A DNA stretch of 64,000 nt from Deferribacterales bacterium (GTDB taxonomy: Bacteria > Chrysiogenota > Deferribacteres > Deferribacterales > Geovibrionaceae). The stretch is taken from the NCBI GenBank assembly GCA_050253075.1, contig JBFWJS010000001.1, positions 320,001-384,000 on the forward strand, read 5' to 3'. The position numbers and the translations under genes were made by a program. The first letter of the stretch is position 1. Each line of letters begins with the position of its first letter. The notes below the pieces were generated by a model. That model had not been told where the DNA came from. It did not search any database and saw nothing but the letters and a program-made list of their open reading frames with translations. Below, piece after piece: positions 9,198 through 18,683 of the stretch.

Positions 9198-10523
9198 TCA
9201 AAACATGAATGAGCTGTCTGCCTCATAGGCATGGAGCAGTCCGGATGACTCGAACTGAGGGATTATCACTATGTACAGGTCATTGATGTTCGTCCCTGTT
9301 TTCCCCGTAAAGATGAGGCTGTTGTTCCTGTCGAAAAAGTTATAGGCGTCGTTGGTGAGGATGGCCTCCTCTGCGCCTTCAAGGCTGAGCGATCCGTCTG
9401 CGAATGCACCTGCTGCGTCTGTGTCGCCGTCCTGTCCGTCTGTGGATGCACACAGAGCAAATGTGTCCGAAGGCTTGTCCAAAAGGAGATATTCCAGAGC
9501 CAGCTGCTGACACCTGCCCCCTTTTCCGTCGCCTGTCACATGCACGGTGACCTCTCCGCCGAATATCATGCACACGGGCACGTCTGATGCATTTATGAGG
9601 TTTTCCGCTGCACGGGCAGCTATAAGCTCCGCCGCAGCCCTCGCCGTACAGTCGAGCTGACCGTACATCCGCACCTTATACCCGAGCAGATGCGCAGTGT
9701 CCGCCGCACGCTCCAGCCCGCCGAGGTTCGATGCCAGTATGTGATATCTATATTGTGATCTGTCCTTTTTCACTGTTTCGGGGAGCAGTCCCGCCTCGCC
9801 GTTTCGGATGACCTCTGCCACTCTTTCAGGCAGTTTTCTGAAGAGGTTATACCTCTCGATGACTTCCGCCGTGTCTGCCCATGTGGTGTGGTCTGTGAAT
9901 GTCGGACCGGAGGCGATGGTCTCGGGCGAGCCCGCTACAACATCTGATATGGCGAGCGTGACGCACATGGCGGGGGCAGCCATCTCTGCCAGCTTTCCGC
10001 CCTTTATCTCTGAAATGTGCCTGCGCACAATGTTTATATCCTCAATATCCGCACCCGACCTGATGAGCAGGTCGAATGTCTTTATATGCTCCTCAAGGGT
10101 GATGCCGAATGCGGGCGCACTCAGCATTGCCGACCCGCCGCCTGAAACGAGGAAGACGCATAAAGTGTCTTCGTCCGCCTCTGCTGCTAGCTTCTTCATG
10201 GCGTTTGCACCCTCCACACTCCCCTGATCGGGGAGGGGGTGTCCAGCCTTTATCACTTCTATATGGTCGGGGAATTTTTCCACTTTATTCGACACCACGA
10301 CACCCTTCGCCACGTCGCAAACAGACATAAAGCCCTTTGCCATGGCGGATGCCGCCTTCCCCAGAGCAAACATATATATCTTTCGCAGGTCACACAGATA
10401 TTCGGAATCTATCATGATGCATTTACCGTCGTTCATGACGGCATTACGCACTAGATGCTCCGCATCGGCATATTCCACGGCAGACATAAATATTCGTTCC
10501 AGATCGGCTCGGTAGTCTTTCAT
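9198..10523 (-). CDS. Glycerate kinase type 2 (DUF4147/MOFRL)
   Basis: GKAASAMA, GHPLPD, SGGGSA, IASGPT, GGEVTV, TDGQDG, TGTNINDL; start at MKDYR with ATGA overlap. Confidence 0.9.
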   Translation of the reverse strand: MKDYRADLERIFMSAVEYADAEHLVRNAVMNDGKCIMIDSEYLCDLRKIYMFALGKAASAMAKGFMSVCDVAKGVVVSNKVEKFPDHIEVIKAGHPLPDQGSVEGANAMKKLAAEADEDTLCVFLVSGGGSAMLSAPAFGITLEEHIKTFDLLIRSGADIEDINIVRRHISEIKGGKLAEMAAPAMCVTLAISDVVAGSPETIASGPTFTDHTTWADTAEVIERYNLFRKLPERVAEVIRNGEAGLLPETVKKDRSQYRYHILASNLGGLERAADTAHLLGYKVRMYGQLDCTARAAAELIAARAAENLINASDVPVCMIFGGEVTVHVTGDGKGGRCQQLALEYLLLDKPSDTFALCASTDGQDGDTDAAGAFADGSLSLEGAEEAILTNDAYNFFDRNNSLIFTGKTGTNINDLYIVIIPQFESSGLLHAYEADSSFMF

Positions 10524-11185
10524 CTCCCGGTCTTTCTCCTGAGTTTCAGCAGGTTTTCCATGTTGTCTTCCACCATCTTCAGACTGCATATCTCGTATGC
10601 CGCCTGAAAGTATTTCTCCGCATTTGCATAGTTCATGCGGACATTCATGGCGATGACGCCCAGATTATTATAAGCGAGGAAGTTCGAAGGGTCTTTCTCA
10701 ACCCCCTGCATGTAAAGCTCCTCTGCCTTGTCGTACTTCTTTTCAGACATTAGTTTATCCGCCTCGGCGAATATCTTCGCAGCGGAGAGTGCCTCCACAT
10801 AGCTCTTGTCGCTGGCACAGATGCCCATCTTCCTCTCCATCAGGTTTTTGTCTATGTCAGACAGCGCCTTTTCTTTGGAGAGTTTGAAGTATTTATATGC
10901 ATTCTCTCTGTCTTTCATATGCCAGTATATATCTGACAGAGCACGGGTTATCTCGTATCTGTCCCCTGCGTTCTGACGCTCTTTCAGCACGTATTTGAGT
11001 GCTTCGGGGTAGTTCTCCATGGCGAAGTTCACCATGCCGAGGTTATAGTTTATGCCGTCTCTATTGGGATCAAGTGCGATGATTTTGCGGAAGTATCTGT
11101 CCGCTTTGGCGAATTTAGCCAGAGTATAGCTTTGGAATGCTACACGTTCATAGGTTTGTATCAGGAATTTATTTATTATATTCAT
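10520..11185 (-). CDS. Tetratricopeptide repeat protein
   Basis: TPR signatures YNLGMVNF and AYNNLGVI. Confidence 0.8.
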   Translation of the reverse strand: MNIINKFLIQTYERVAFQSYTLAKFAKADRYFRKIIALDPNRDGINYNLGMVNFAMENYPEALKYVLKERQNAGDRYEITRALSDIYWHMKDRENAYKYFKLSKEKALSDIDKNLMERKMGICASDKSYVEALSAAKIFAEADKLMSEKKYDKAEELYMQGVEKDPSNFLAYNNLGVIAMNVRMNYANAEKYFQAAYEICSLKMVEDNMENLLKLRRKTGR

Positions 11186-11229
11186 ACAGATAAATTACCC
11201 TCTAAAGACCTCTTGGTCAAATGATTTAC

Positions 11230-11814
11230 CTATACTAAGGTACACCCTGAGAGGAATCTGTCCACCGCATAATTACAATGAGAGGAAATATCCTCCTCCG
11301 AAGGCGAAGGCTTAACACCCAGAAGCACATCCCACCTTATGCTCAGGAGCATAGAGCTGAACATGGACGCATCCTTCACGGGGTCTGACGTCACTATCTT
11401 TTTAGAGAGGAAATCCGCCAGATTCATACGGCGCACTTCGGGGGCAGCTTTAAAGAATATATTGCCGAGACCGCTCTCTTTGTCTGATTCGGATATGATG
11501 AGGCGGTAGAAGCCGAGGCGTTCGGGCTTCATGTGTTCGCTGAGGAAAAATATCGAATAGCCGAGCAGATCGTCCCGCACGCTCTTACCGCCGAAGACGT
11601 ATTCCTTCCCTTTCGGCGAGGCGTAGTGAAGCACCTCACGGAAGAGCTCCTCTTTGGATGGATAATAGCGGTATACCGTCTGTTTTGTGACGCCCGCTTC
11701 CTCTGCCACGCTGTCCATGCTGGATGCCCTGTAGCCCTTTTCCAGAAAAAGTTTTTCCGCTGCGGCAAGTATCAGGCGCTGTTTTTCCATATATTTTTCA
11801 ACTGCTTTACTCAT
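11230..11814 (-). CDS. TetR/AcrR family transcriptional regulator
   Basis: ILAAAEKLFLEKGYRASSMDSVAEEAGVTKQTVYRYYPSKEELF. Confidence 0.93.
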   Translation of the reverse strand: MSKAVEKYMEKQRLILAAAEKLFLEKGYRASSMDSVAEEAGVTKQTVYRYYPSKEELFREVLHYASPKGKEYVFGGKSVRDDLLGYSIFFLSEHMKPERLGFYRLIISESDKESGLGNIFFKAAPEVRRMNLADFLSKKIVTSDPVKDASMFSSMLLSIRWDVLLGVKPSPSEEDISSHCNYAVDRFLSGCTLV

Positions 11815-11835
11815 AAAACAAATCTAACCCTTGCA

Positions 11836-11880
11836 AATCATACTGTCAAGTATTATATAATCATACTATAAAGTATGATT
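11836..11880. promoter_or_regulatory. Tandem TetR-type operators
   Basis: Perfect AATCATACT-N4-AGTATGATT (11859-11880) and imperfect AATCATACT-N4-AGTATTATA (11836-11857) between the divergent tetR and DMT genes. Confidence 0.75.
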
Positions 11881-11893
11881 TCTGAGGTTAAAC

Positions 11894-12757
11894 ATGAAAA
11901 ATCTTTCCACAAAAACACAGGGGCTCCTGATTGTCACATTCGGAACACTCCTTATGAGTCTCGATCCCCTTTTCATAAGGCTCTCCGGCGTAGGCTCGTG
12001 GGAGACCGCATTCCTATTCGGATTCTTCACCTTTTTATCCATGACTATCATCACCCACTTTAAGGGCGAAGGGGTCGTAAAGGCCGTGAAAGGGGGCGGA
12101 TGGATAATATTTCTCTCTGCGCTGATAATGGGCGGGAGCGGTACATCTATAGTCTTCTCCGTAAAGCATACTTATGTGGCGAACACTATGATGATAATGA
12201 GCACCGCACCGATACTCTCCGCCATACTCAGCCTCATATTTCTGAAGGAAAAGACACCTCTGCGCAACTGGGCAGCAGCACTGATATCTGTCGGAGCTAT
12301 ATATATCATCTCGAGGAATTCACTGGGCAGGGCAAACATGTTCGGGGATTCCATGGCTGTGCTGGGCACATTCTTTGTATCTTCAAACTACGTTCTTTGG
12401 CGTAAATATAAAGCTATCAGCAGGACAATGGTGATAGCCCTCGGCGGACTTGCCATTGCGGGCATCAGCTTCTTCATGACGGATCTTTCCTCCCTGACTT
12501 ACAACTCAGTCATAGTCATGATGCTGATGGGCCTCCTTACTGCCCCCATCGGCAGGGTTATGCTCGCACTCTCCGCCAGGTATATATCCGCCACGGAGAT
12601 AAGCCTCTTTTCCCCCCCTAGGTCGCTTCTGGCAACTGTTTTCATATGGATGGCGTATTCCGAGACACCACCCGCAGACACATTCATCGGCGGGGGCGTA
12701 ATAATCGTCACTCTGCTGATACTCTTTTATCTGACGCTGAGGCAGGAATCTGCCTGA
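11894..12757 (+). CDS. DMT/EamA family transporter
   Basis: 10 TM segments, LKEK and YSETP EamA signatures; divergent from tetR. Confidence 0.85.
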   Translation: MKNLSTKTQGLLIVTFGTLLMSLDPLFIRLSGVGSWETAFLFGFFTFLSMTIITHFKGEGVVKAVKGGGWIIFLSALIMGGSGTSIVFSVKHTYVANTMMIMSTAPILSAILSLIFLKEKTPLRNWAAALISVGAIYIISRNSLGRANMFGDSMAVLGTFFVSSNYVLWRKYKAISRTMVIALGGLAIAGISFFMTDLSSLTYNSVIVMMLMGLLTAPIGRVMLALSARYISATEISLFSPPRSLLATVFIWMAYSETPPADTFIGGGVIIVTLLILFYLTLRQESA

Positions 12758-12896
12758 GTAAATGAATTGACACATAGTTGTATCCATTATATAACCCTGC
12801 TAGCGTAACATTCCCATATGTTTGGCGTGTCATTCCGAGCTTTTCGGAGGGGCAAATTACGTGATTAACAATTTTATATAATATAGAGGTACACCT

Positions 12897-14801
12897 ATGG
12901 CTTTCGACGGCAAATTCACAGCACAGGACAAGCAGGAGCTCGAAGCTCGCGCTAAGGCATGCAGAGGCGATATATTAAAATGCACGACACTGGCGGCAAG
13001 CGGTCACCCGGGCGGGTCTATGTCCACCCTCGACATGCTGCTCACAGTATATAAATTTGCAAACATAAACCCTGAGAACTGGGGCTCTACCACCAGAGAC
13101 CGCATATATGTTTCCCACGGTCACATATCACCTGCAGTATATTCCGTACTCGGTCGTAACGGCTTCTTCGACGTGGATACAGCCATCGGCGAATTCCGCC
13201 TCGCAGGGAGCATCTACGAAGGACACATCGAGCGCATGGTAAAGGGCGTGGAGTGGACAACAGGAAACCTCGGACAGGGACTCTCTGCTGCATGCGGTGC
13301 AGCCATCGCAGGAAAGATACGTGATGAGGAATTCGACGTTTACTGCTTTATGGGCGACGGCGAATCTCAGAAAGGACAGCAGGCGGAAGCACGCAGATTC
13401 GCTGCTCAGCACGACCTTACAAACATCACTGCTTTCATCGACTACAACAAGCTCCAGATATCAGGAAGCATCGAAGAAGTGATGTATCAGAACATAAAAG
13501 ATGACTACACGGCAGACGGCTGGCATGTCATCAGCGTAGACGGACACGACTTTGAAAAGCTCTACGGAGCTGTTGCATATGCCAAGACAGTCGATCAGCC
13601 TGTTCTTATCCTCGCTGACACTGTAATGGGCAAGGGCGTATCCTTCATGGAGAACATCCACGGATACCACGGCAAGCCTCTCACAGAAGAACAGCTCGCC
13701 GATGCACTTAAAGAACTCGGACTCGCGTATGACCTTGATAAATACAAAGAGATCAGAAAGAATTTCGTATACAACCCTTCACACCACGAGCTTGAATCCC
13801 CTGAAGTAGTAGTAAAATACGCTGATAAGGAATACGGACTGGATGTTAAGACAGACTGCCGTTCCGCCTTCGGCGATGCTATATACGAGCTGGTTAAAAA
13901 CTCTCAGGAAGACGGCATGACACCTTTCGCCGTTTTCGACTGCGACCTCGCAGGCTCTGTTAAAACTGACAAGGTTGAAAAGGAATACCCCGTAAACTTC
14001 GTACAGTCAGGTATTCAGGAACACCACACGGCGACAGCAGCAGGTGCTGCAAGCTGTAACGGCGTTGTTGCATTCTTCGCAGACTTCGGCGTTTTCGGAG
14101 TGGACGAGGTATACAACCAGCAGCGTCTTAACGACCTCAACGGCGCAGGTATCAAAACTGTGACAACACACGTCGGTATCGATGTCGGCGAAGACGGTAA
14201 AACTCACCAGTGCCTCGACTATGTCGGCGCTATGCGAAACATCTTCGGATACAGAGTTATCGTTCCCGCAGACCCGAACCAGACATATAAAGCAGTGTGC
14301 TACGCTGCCGAGAACCCCGGCAACTTCCTCGTTGCTATGGGACGCTCAAAGATGAACACCATAGCCGATATAACAGGCTCTAAGCCTGCTTTCGGCTCTG
14401 ACTATACATTCGAATACGGAAAGGTGGATGTGCTGACAGAGGGCGATTTCGCCATCGCTACATACGGCAGCATGACAAACAGAGCTATCAAAGTTGCCGA
14501 GCTTCTTAAAGAGGCCGGACTTAATGCAGCAGTTCTGAACTGCTCTGCTCCGCTCCACCCTGATATGGATGCATTCGATGCATACACAGACAAGCCTGTA
14601 TTCGTATACGAAGACCACAACGAATTCACAGGTCTGGCAGCTACTCTGGCGAACAAGTTCGCAGACGAAGGCACAGGCACAAAGATAGTACGCTTCGGTG
14701 CTAAAGGTTATGCTTATTCAGGAAAGCCTGAGGACATCTTCAAGATGCTCGGTCTCGACCCTGAATCCGTAGCAGAAGCTATCAAGGCTGAGCTTGCATG
14801 A
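12897..14801 (+). CDS. tkt: Transketolase
   Basis: SGHPGGSMS, SHGH, TGNLGQG, TPP motif GDGE...N, GIQEH, GEDGKTHQ. Confidence 0.93.
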   Translation: MAFDGKFTAQDKQELEARAKACRGDILKCTTLAASGHPGGSMSTLDMLLTVYKFANINPENWGSTTRDRIYVSHGHISPAVYSVLGRNGFFDVDTAIGEFRLAGSIYEGHIERMVKGVEWTTGNLGQGLSAACGAAIAGKIRDEEFDVYCFMGDGESQKGQQAEARRFAAQHDLTNITAFIDYNKLQISGSIEEVMYQNIKDDYTADGWHVISVDGHDFEKLYGAVAYAKTVDQPVLILADTVMGKGVSFMENIHGYHGKPLTEEQLADALKELGLAYDLDKYKEIRKNFVYNPSHHELESPEVVVKYADKEYGLDVKTDCRSAFGDAIYELVKNSQEDGMTPFAVFDCDLAGSVKTDKVEKEYPVNFVQSGIQEHHTATAAGAASCNGVVAFFADFGVFGVDEVYNQQRLNDLNGAGIKTVTTHVGIDVGEDGKTHQCLDYVGAMRNIFGYRVIVPADPNQTYKAVCYAAENPGNFLVAMGRSKMNTIADITGSKPAFGSDYTFEYGKVDVLTEGDFAIATYGSMTNRAIKVAELLKEAGLNAAVLNCSAPLHPDMDAFDAYTDKPVFVYEDHNEFTGLAATLANKFADEGTGTKIVRFGAKGYAYSGKPEDIFKMLGLDPESVAEAIKAELA

Positions 14802-15475
14802 TAATACACGGCAGAAACACAGTAGAGGAAGCACTGAAACTGGGGCTCGTAAAGATGCTCTTTGTAAAAGTGAATTCCACATTCGAATACTCCAAGTATG
14901 ACGTGGAGACACGCACATACGGCACAAAAGAGTTCGAACACTACTACGGCAAAGAGGCGCAGGGCGTCGCAGCCGAGATAAGAGATATATTGCCTAAGAA
15001 GTTCGACAAGGCGTTCGAAGAGATGGTGGAGCTCGGCTCCGTCGTACTCCTCGACAGGATATTCGACCCGATGAACTACGGTGCGATCATTCGTGCTGCG
15101 AACTGTTTCGGCATAAAAAATATTCTGGTAGGGCTCGACAAACAGGCTCCTATCACACCAGCAGTGTGCAAGGCTTCCAGCGGAACTATATTCCACACAA
15201 ACATAGTGGGTGCGGTAAACACCGCAACAGCTCTTAAAAAATTCATCGACAACGGATACAAGGCTTACGCTGCGGACGTACACGGTGCTATCGAGCTGAA
15301 AGAAGCGAAATTCGCAGAAAAATCCGTGATAATCATGGGCTCCGAGGGGAAAGGCATACGCCCTGCCCTGCTGGAGATATCTGATGTACACATCAAGATT
15401 CCTATGAGCGGAGACATCGACTCTCTGAACGTTTCTCAGAGTGCCGCTGTGATATTATATGAATATTCGAATTAA
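14798..15475 (+). CDS. rlmB: 23S rRNA (guanosine-2'-O)-methyltransferase RlmB (TrmH/SpoU)
   Basis: DPMNYGAIIR, GSEGKG, IPMSGDIDSLNVS. Confidence 0.82.
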   Translation: MIIHGRNTVEEALKLGLVKMLFVKVNSTFEYSKYDVETRTYGTKEFEHYYGKEAQGVAAEIRDILPKKFDKAFEEMVELGSVVLLDRIFDPMNYGAIIRAANCFGIKNILVGLDKQAPITPAVCKASSGTIFHTNIVGAVNTATALKKFIDNGYKAYAADVHGAIELKEAKFAEKSVIIMGSEGKGIRPALLEISDVHIKIPMSGDIDSLNVSQSAAVILYEYSN

Positions 15476-15546
15476 GACTATTTGAGGATTTTTTTCGAAA
15501 GTAGTTGACAGGCTAACGCCTTTTTTATATTTTACGAGCAATCTTA

Positions 15547-15957
15547 ATGCAGATAAGGATAATAATGGCTTCCAAACTTAAGGAAGCAGAGGTCAAAAGC
15601 CTCACCGAAAGATACGTTAAGATGTCCTCAGGATTCATGCCTGTAGAGGTTATCGAAGACACGGGGAAGAAGAAGCGCACTGAGCATAAGGGGCTTCTGG
15701 TGGGAATGGACCCGAAGGGGAAACGTTTCACCAGCGAAGCATTTGCCGAGTGGCTCGGGAAGCGGATCGAAACATACGGCGATGTCACATTCTATATAGG
15801 CGAGGCGGAAGGCCTGCCCGAGGATGTACGAGCCGAGGCGAAAGAGTTTATCTCTCTCTCCGACATGGTTATGGCGCACAGGATCAGCCTTATTGTTTTG
15901 GCTGAGCAGATATACAGGGCATTGACCATCTTAAACGGTCACCCCTATCACAAGTAG
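15547..15957 (+). CDS. rlmH: 23S rRNA pseudouridine-1915 N3-methyltransferase RlmH
   Basis: FYIGEAEG, SLSDMVMAH, EQIYRALTILNGHPYHK. Confidence 0.88.
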   Translation: MQIRIIMASKLKEAEVKSLTERYVKMSSGFMPVEVIEDTGKKKRTEHKGLLVGMDPKGKRFTSEAFAEWLGKRIETYGDVTFYIGEAEGLPEDVRAEAKEFISLSDMVMAHRISLIVLAEQIYRALTILNGHPYHK

Positions 15958-15997
15958 AGGATGCCGCTTGGTCAAGGCGTCCTATAAGGAGGGTGGT

Positions 15998-16360
15998 ATG
16001 GATAAAGACAAACTCAAATACCACAGAGACAAACTTCTCGAGATGAGACGCTCTCTTATCGAGAAACTGAACGAAAAATACAACGAGGCTATGGGACTTG
16101 GAGCCGATGGTTCGCAGGATAGCGCCGATGAAGCGTATAACCTGTATAACAAGAACCTCATGCTCGGCCGCGTTGAGACAGATGCTCTCAAGCTCAGGCT
16201 GGTGGAGCAGGCTCTTCAGCGTATCGACTCCGGCACTTACGGCATATGCATAGAGTGCGAAGAGGACATAGAGGACAAGCGCCTCGAGTATGTTCCTTTC
16301 GCCAGATACTGCACCGACTGCAAATCTGAGCTCGAGAAAAAAGGTCTTATAAAGATGTAA
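15998..16360 (+). CDS. dksA: DksA/TraR C4 zinc-finger protein
   Basis: DSADEA (DxxDxA), YGICIEC...RL...P...CTDC; start at MDKDK after GGAGGG. Confidence 0.8.
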   Translation: MDKDKLKYHRDKLLEMRRSLIEKLNEKYNEAMGLGADGSQDSADEAYNLYNKNLMLGRVETDALKLRLVEQALQRIDSGTYGICIECEEDIEDKRLEYVPFARYCTDCKSELEKKGLIKM

Positions 16361-16364
16361 TTAT

Positions 16365-16394
16365 AAAGCCGGCGTTTTTGCGTCGGCTTTTTTT
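16365..16394 (+). terminator. Rho-independent terminator
   Basis: AAAGCCGGCG-loop-CGTCGGCTTT followed by a T tract. Confidence 0.8.
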
Positions 16395-16477
16395 GTATCT
16401 GCTGCCGAATTTTAAGCACTTGCCAGAAAGCACATCCGTGACTAGAATATTCCTATCAACAACAATACAGGTGACAC

Positions 16478-17998
16478 ATGAACCAGCAGAAACTGATACT
16501 GCTGATACTCGACGGATGGGGTATCAGAAAAGATAAAGACAACAATGCCATAGCCATCAGCGGTGCGCCGAACTTCTATAAACTGCTGAACGGATCCCCA
16601 CATACAAAGCTGAATGCGAGCGAGGAAGAGGTCGGTCTGCCTAAGGGTCAGATGGGCAACTCTGAGGTCGGACATACAAACATCGGCGCAGGACGCATCG
16701 TCTATCAGGACTTTCTGAAGATCACCAAATCCATCGAATCAGGCGACATTGAAAACAACGAGAACGTTAATAACTTCTTCAAAGATATACTCGACGACAA
16801 CGGCGACCTGCACTTCTTCGGTCTTTTATCCGACGGAGGCGTACACAGCCACATAAACCATCTGAAAGGTCTCATCGCATACGCTAAAAAAGCAGGCATA
16901 AACAATGCATACGTACATGCATTCATGGACGGACGGGACACACCGCCCAAAAGCGGTAAAGGATACATGGAAGAGCTCGTTAAATTCATGGACGAGATAG
17001 GCTACGGACAGGTGGCAACCGTCGCAGGACGCTACTACCCCATGGACAGAGACAAGAGATGGGAGCGCACAAAGCTCGGCTACGACGCGGTGCGCAAAGG
17101 CGAAGGGCTGTCTTCCAAATCAGCCATAGACGCCGTACAGGAAGGCTATGACAGAGGCGAAACAGACGAGTTCATCAAGCCCACCGTCATCGAAGGCGTA
17201 AACGGAAACGTGAAAGACAAAGACGGCGTATTCTTCTTCAACTTCCGAGCCGACCGTGCGAGGCAGCTCACCAGAGCATTCATCATGCCCGAGTTCGACG
17301 GATTCGACAGAGGCGCAATGCCCGAAGTGCATTTCCTCACCATGACATTCTACGAAGGTGATTTCACATCTGCCATAGCTTTCGAGCCGCAGGTGCTGAA
17401 AAACATACTGGGCGAAGTCCTCAGCAGAAACGGACTGAAACAGCTCCGCATAGCAGAGACAGAGAAGTACGCCCACGTCACATACTTCTTTAACGGAGGC
17501 GAGGAAAAGGTCTTCGAAGGTGAAAGCCGTGTACTGGTGGAATCTCCGAAAGATGTGGCGACATACGACGAAAAACCTTCCATGAGCATATATACCGTAG
17601 CTGAGAAGTTCGCCGATGAGATAGGCAATGTGGATGTTGCTATAATGAACTTCGCAAACCCCGACATGGTAGGCCACACAGGCATACTGGACGCAGCAGT
17701 GAACGCATGCAAGGCTGTGGACGAATGCCTCGGCAAGGTCGTGGAGCTGGCGGATAAACATAATGCGGTACTCTGTGTGACAGCCGACCACGGGAACGCC
17801 GAGCAGATGTGGGACTATGTGAATGATCAGCCGCACACTGCGCACACGCTGAACCCTGTGCCATTCATAGTGTATAACTGTGACTGTGAGCTAACAGATA
17901 AAACAGGCAAGCTGGCGGACATTGCACCGACGATACTCGAGCTCCTCGGCATAGAACAGCCTGCGGAGATGAACGGAACGAGCCTGCTGAAAAAATAA
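16478..17998 (+). CDS. gpmI: 2,3-bisphosphoglycerate-independent phosphoglycerate mutase
   Basis: LDGWG, GQMGNSEVGH, AETEKYAHVT, NPDMVGHTG, TADHGN, HTAHT. Confidence 0.96.
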   Translation: MNQQKLILLILDGWGIRKDKDNNAIAISGAPNFYKLLNGSPHTKLNASEEEVGLPKGQMGNSEVGHTNIGAGRIVYQDFLKITKSIESGDIENNENVNNFFKDILDDNGDLHFFGLLSDGGVHSHINHLKGLIAYAKKAGINNAYVHAFMDGRDTPPKSGKGYMEELVKFMDEIGYGQVATVAGRYYPMDRDKRWERTKLGYDAVRKGEGLSSKSAIDAVQEGYDRGETDEFIKPTVIEGVNGNVKDKDGVFFFNFRADRARQLTRAFIMPEFDGFDRGAMPEVHFLTMTFYEGDFTSAIAFEPQVLKNILGEVLSRNGLKQLRIAETEKYAHVTYFFNGGEEKVFEGESRVLVESPKDVATYDEKPSMSIYTVAEKFADEIGNVDVAIMNFANPDMVGHTGILDAAVNACKAVDECLGKVVELADKHNAVLCVTADHGNAEQMWDYVNDQPHTAHTLNPVPFIVYNCDCELTDKTGKLADIAPTILELLGIEQPAEMNGTSLLKK

Positions 17999-17999
17999 T

Positions 18000-18659
18000 A
18001 TGCTCGAAGAGATATTCTACCGAACATGCATCGGATGCGGATTTCGCTCAGAGAACGGAATGCCCGTCTGCTCCGACTGTCTGGAAACACTGGAAGAATA
18101 TCCACACGAGTGCGAAAGCTGCGGTTATCCCTCGAACGTGCCTGCGAAGGTGTGCGGGATGTGCCGTTTCGCCGTATACAGAGACAGGATAAAGATAGCC
18201 TATAAATACAAGGGTCCCCTGAGGCAGCTTATCAAACAGATAAAGTTTGCCTATCGGATCACAGGCATAGATGTGCTGAAAGAGATGGTGAATGCCGAGG
18301 ATCTGGCAGGGTATGATATCATCACGGACGTGCCCTCTCATTTTTCCCGAAAGGTGCGCAGACTCACCCATCCGGCAGAACACATTGCAAAGCAGATTTC
18401 ACATTTGACAAATATTAAATACATAAAAATATTGACACGAACACGCAGAACGGAATATCAATATAAATTAAAGAAAAGACAAAGAGCCGTAAACGTGAAG
18501 AACGCATTTATTTGCCCGGTAAATGTGAGAGGTTTGAAAATCCTCTTAGTGGATGATATAATCACTACAGGCTCAACAACCGAAGAGTGCTCCCGTATAC
18601 TCAAGATGTCAGGAGCGTCCCGTGTGGACGTATACGCACTGGCAAGCGGTAAAGCATAA
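18000..18659 (+). CDS. comF: ComF family (zinc ribbon + PRTase) protein
   Basis: Four CxxC pairs; LLVDDIITTGST PRPP motif. Confidence 0.85.
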   Translation: MLEEIFYRTCIGCGFRSENGMPVCSDCLETLEEYPHECESCGYPSNVPAKVCGMCRFAVYRDRIKIAYKYKGPLRQLIKQIKFAYRITGIDVLKEMVNAEDLAGYDIITDVPSHFSRKVRRLTHPAEHIAKQISHLTNIKYIKILTRTRRTEYQYKLKKRQRAVNVKNAFICPVNVRGLKILLVDDIITTGSTTEECSRILKMSGASRVDVYALASGKA

Positions 18660-18683
18660 GGTAATTTAATTGAGGCGCTTATT

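Noticed and set aside
12790..12870. Possible riboswitch or sixth repeat copy in the tkt leader (GTCATTCCGAG..TCGGA)
   Set aside because: Only a short hairpin; no TPP-riboswitch core and no matching ATGAC right arm
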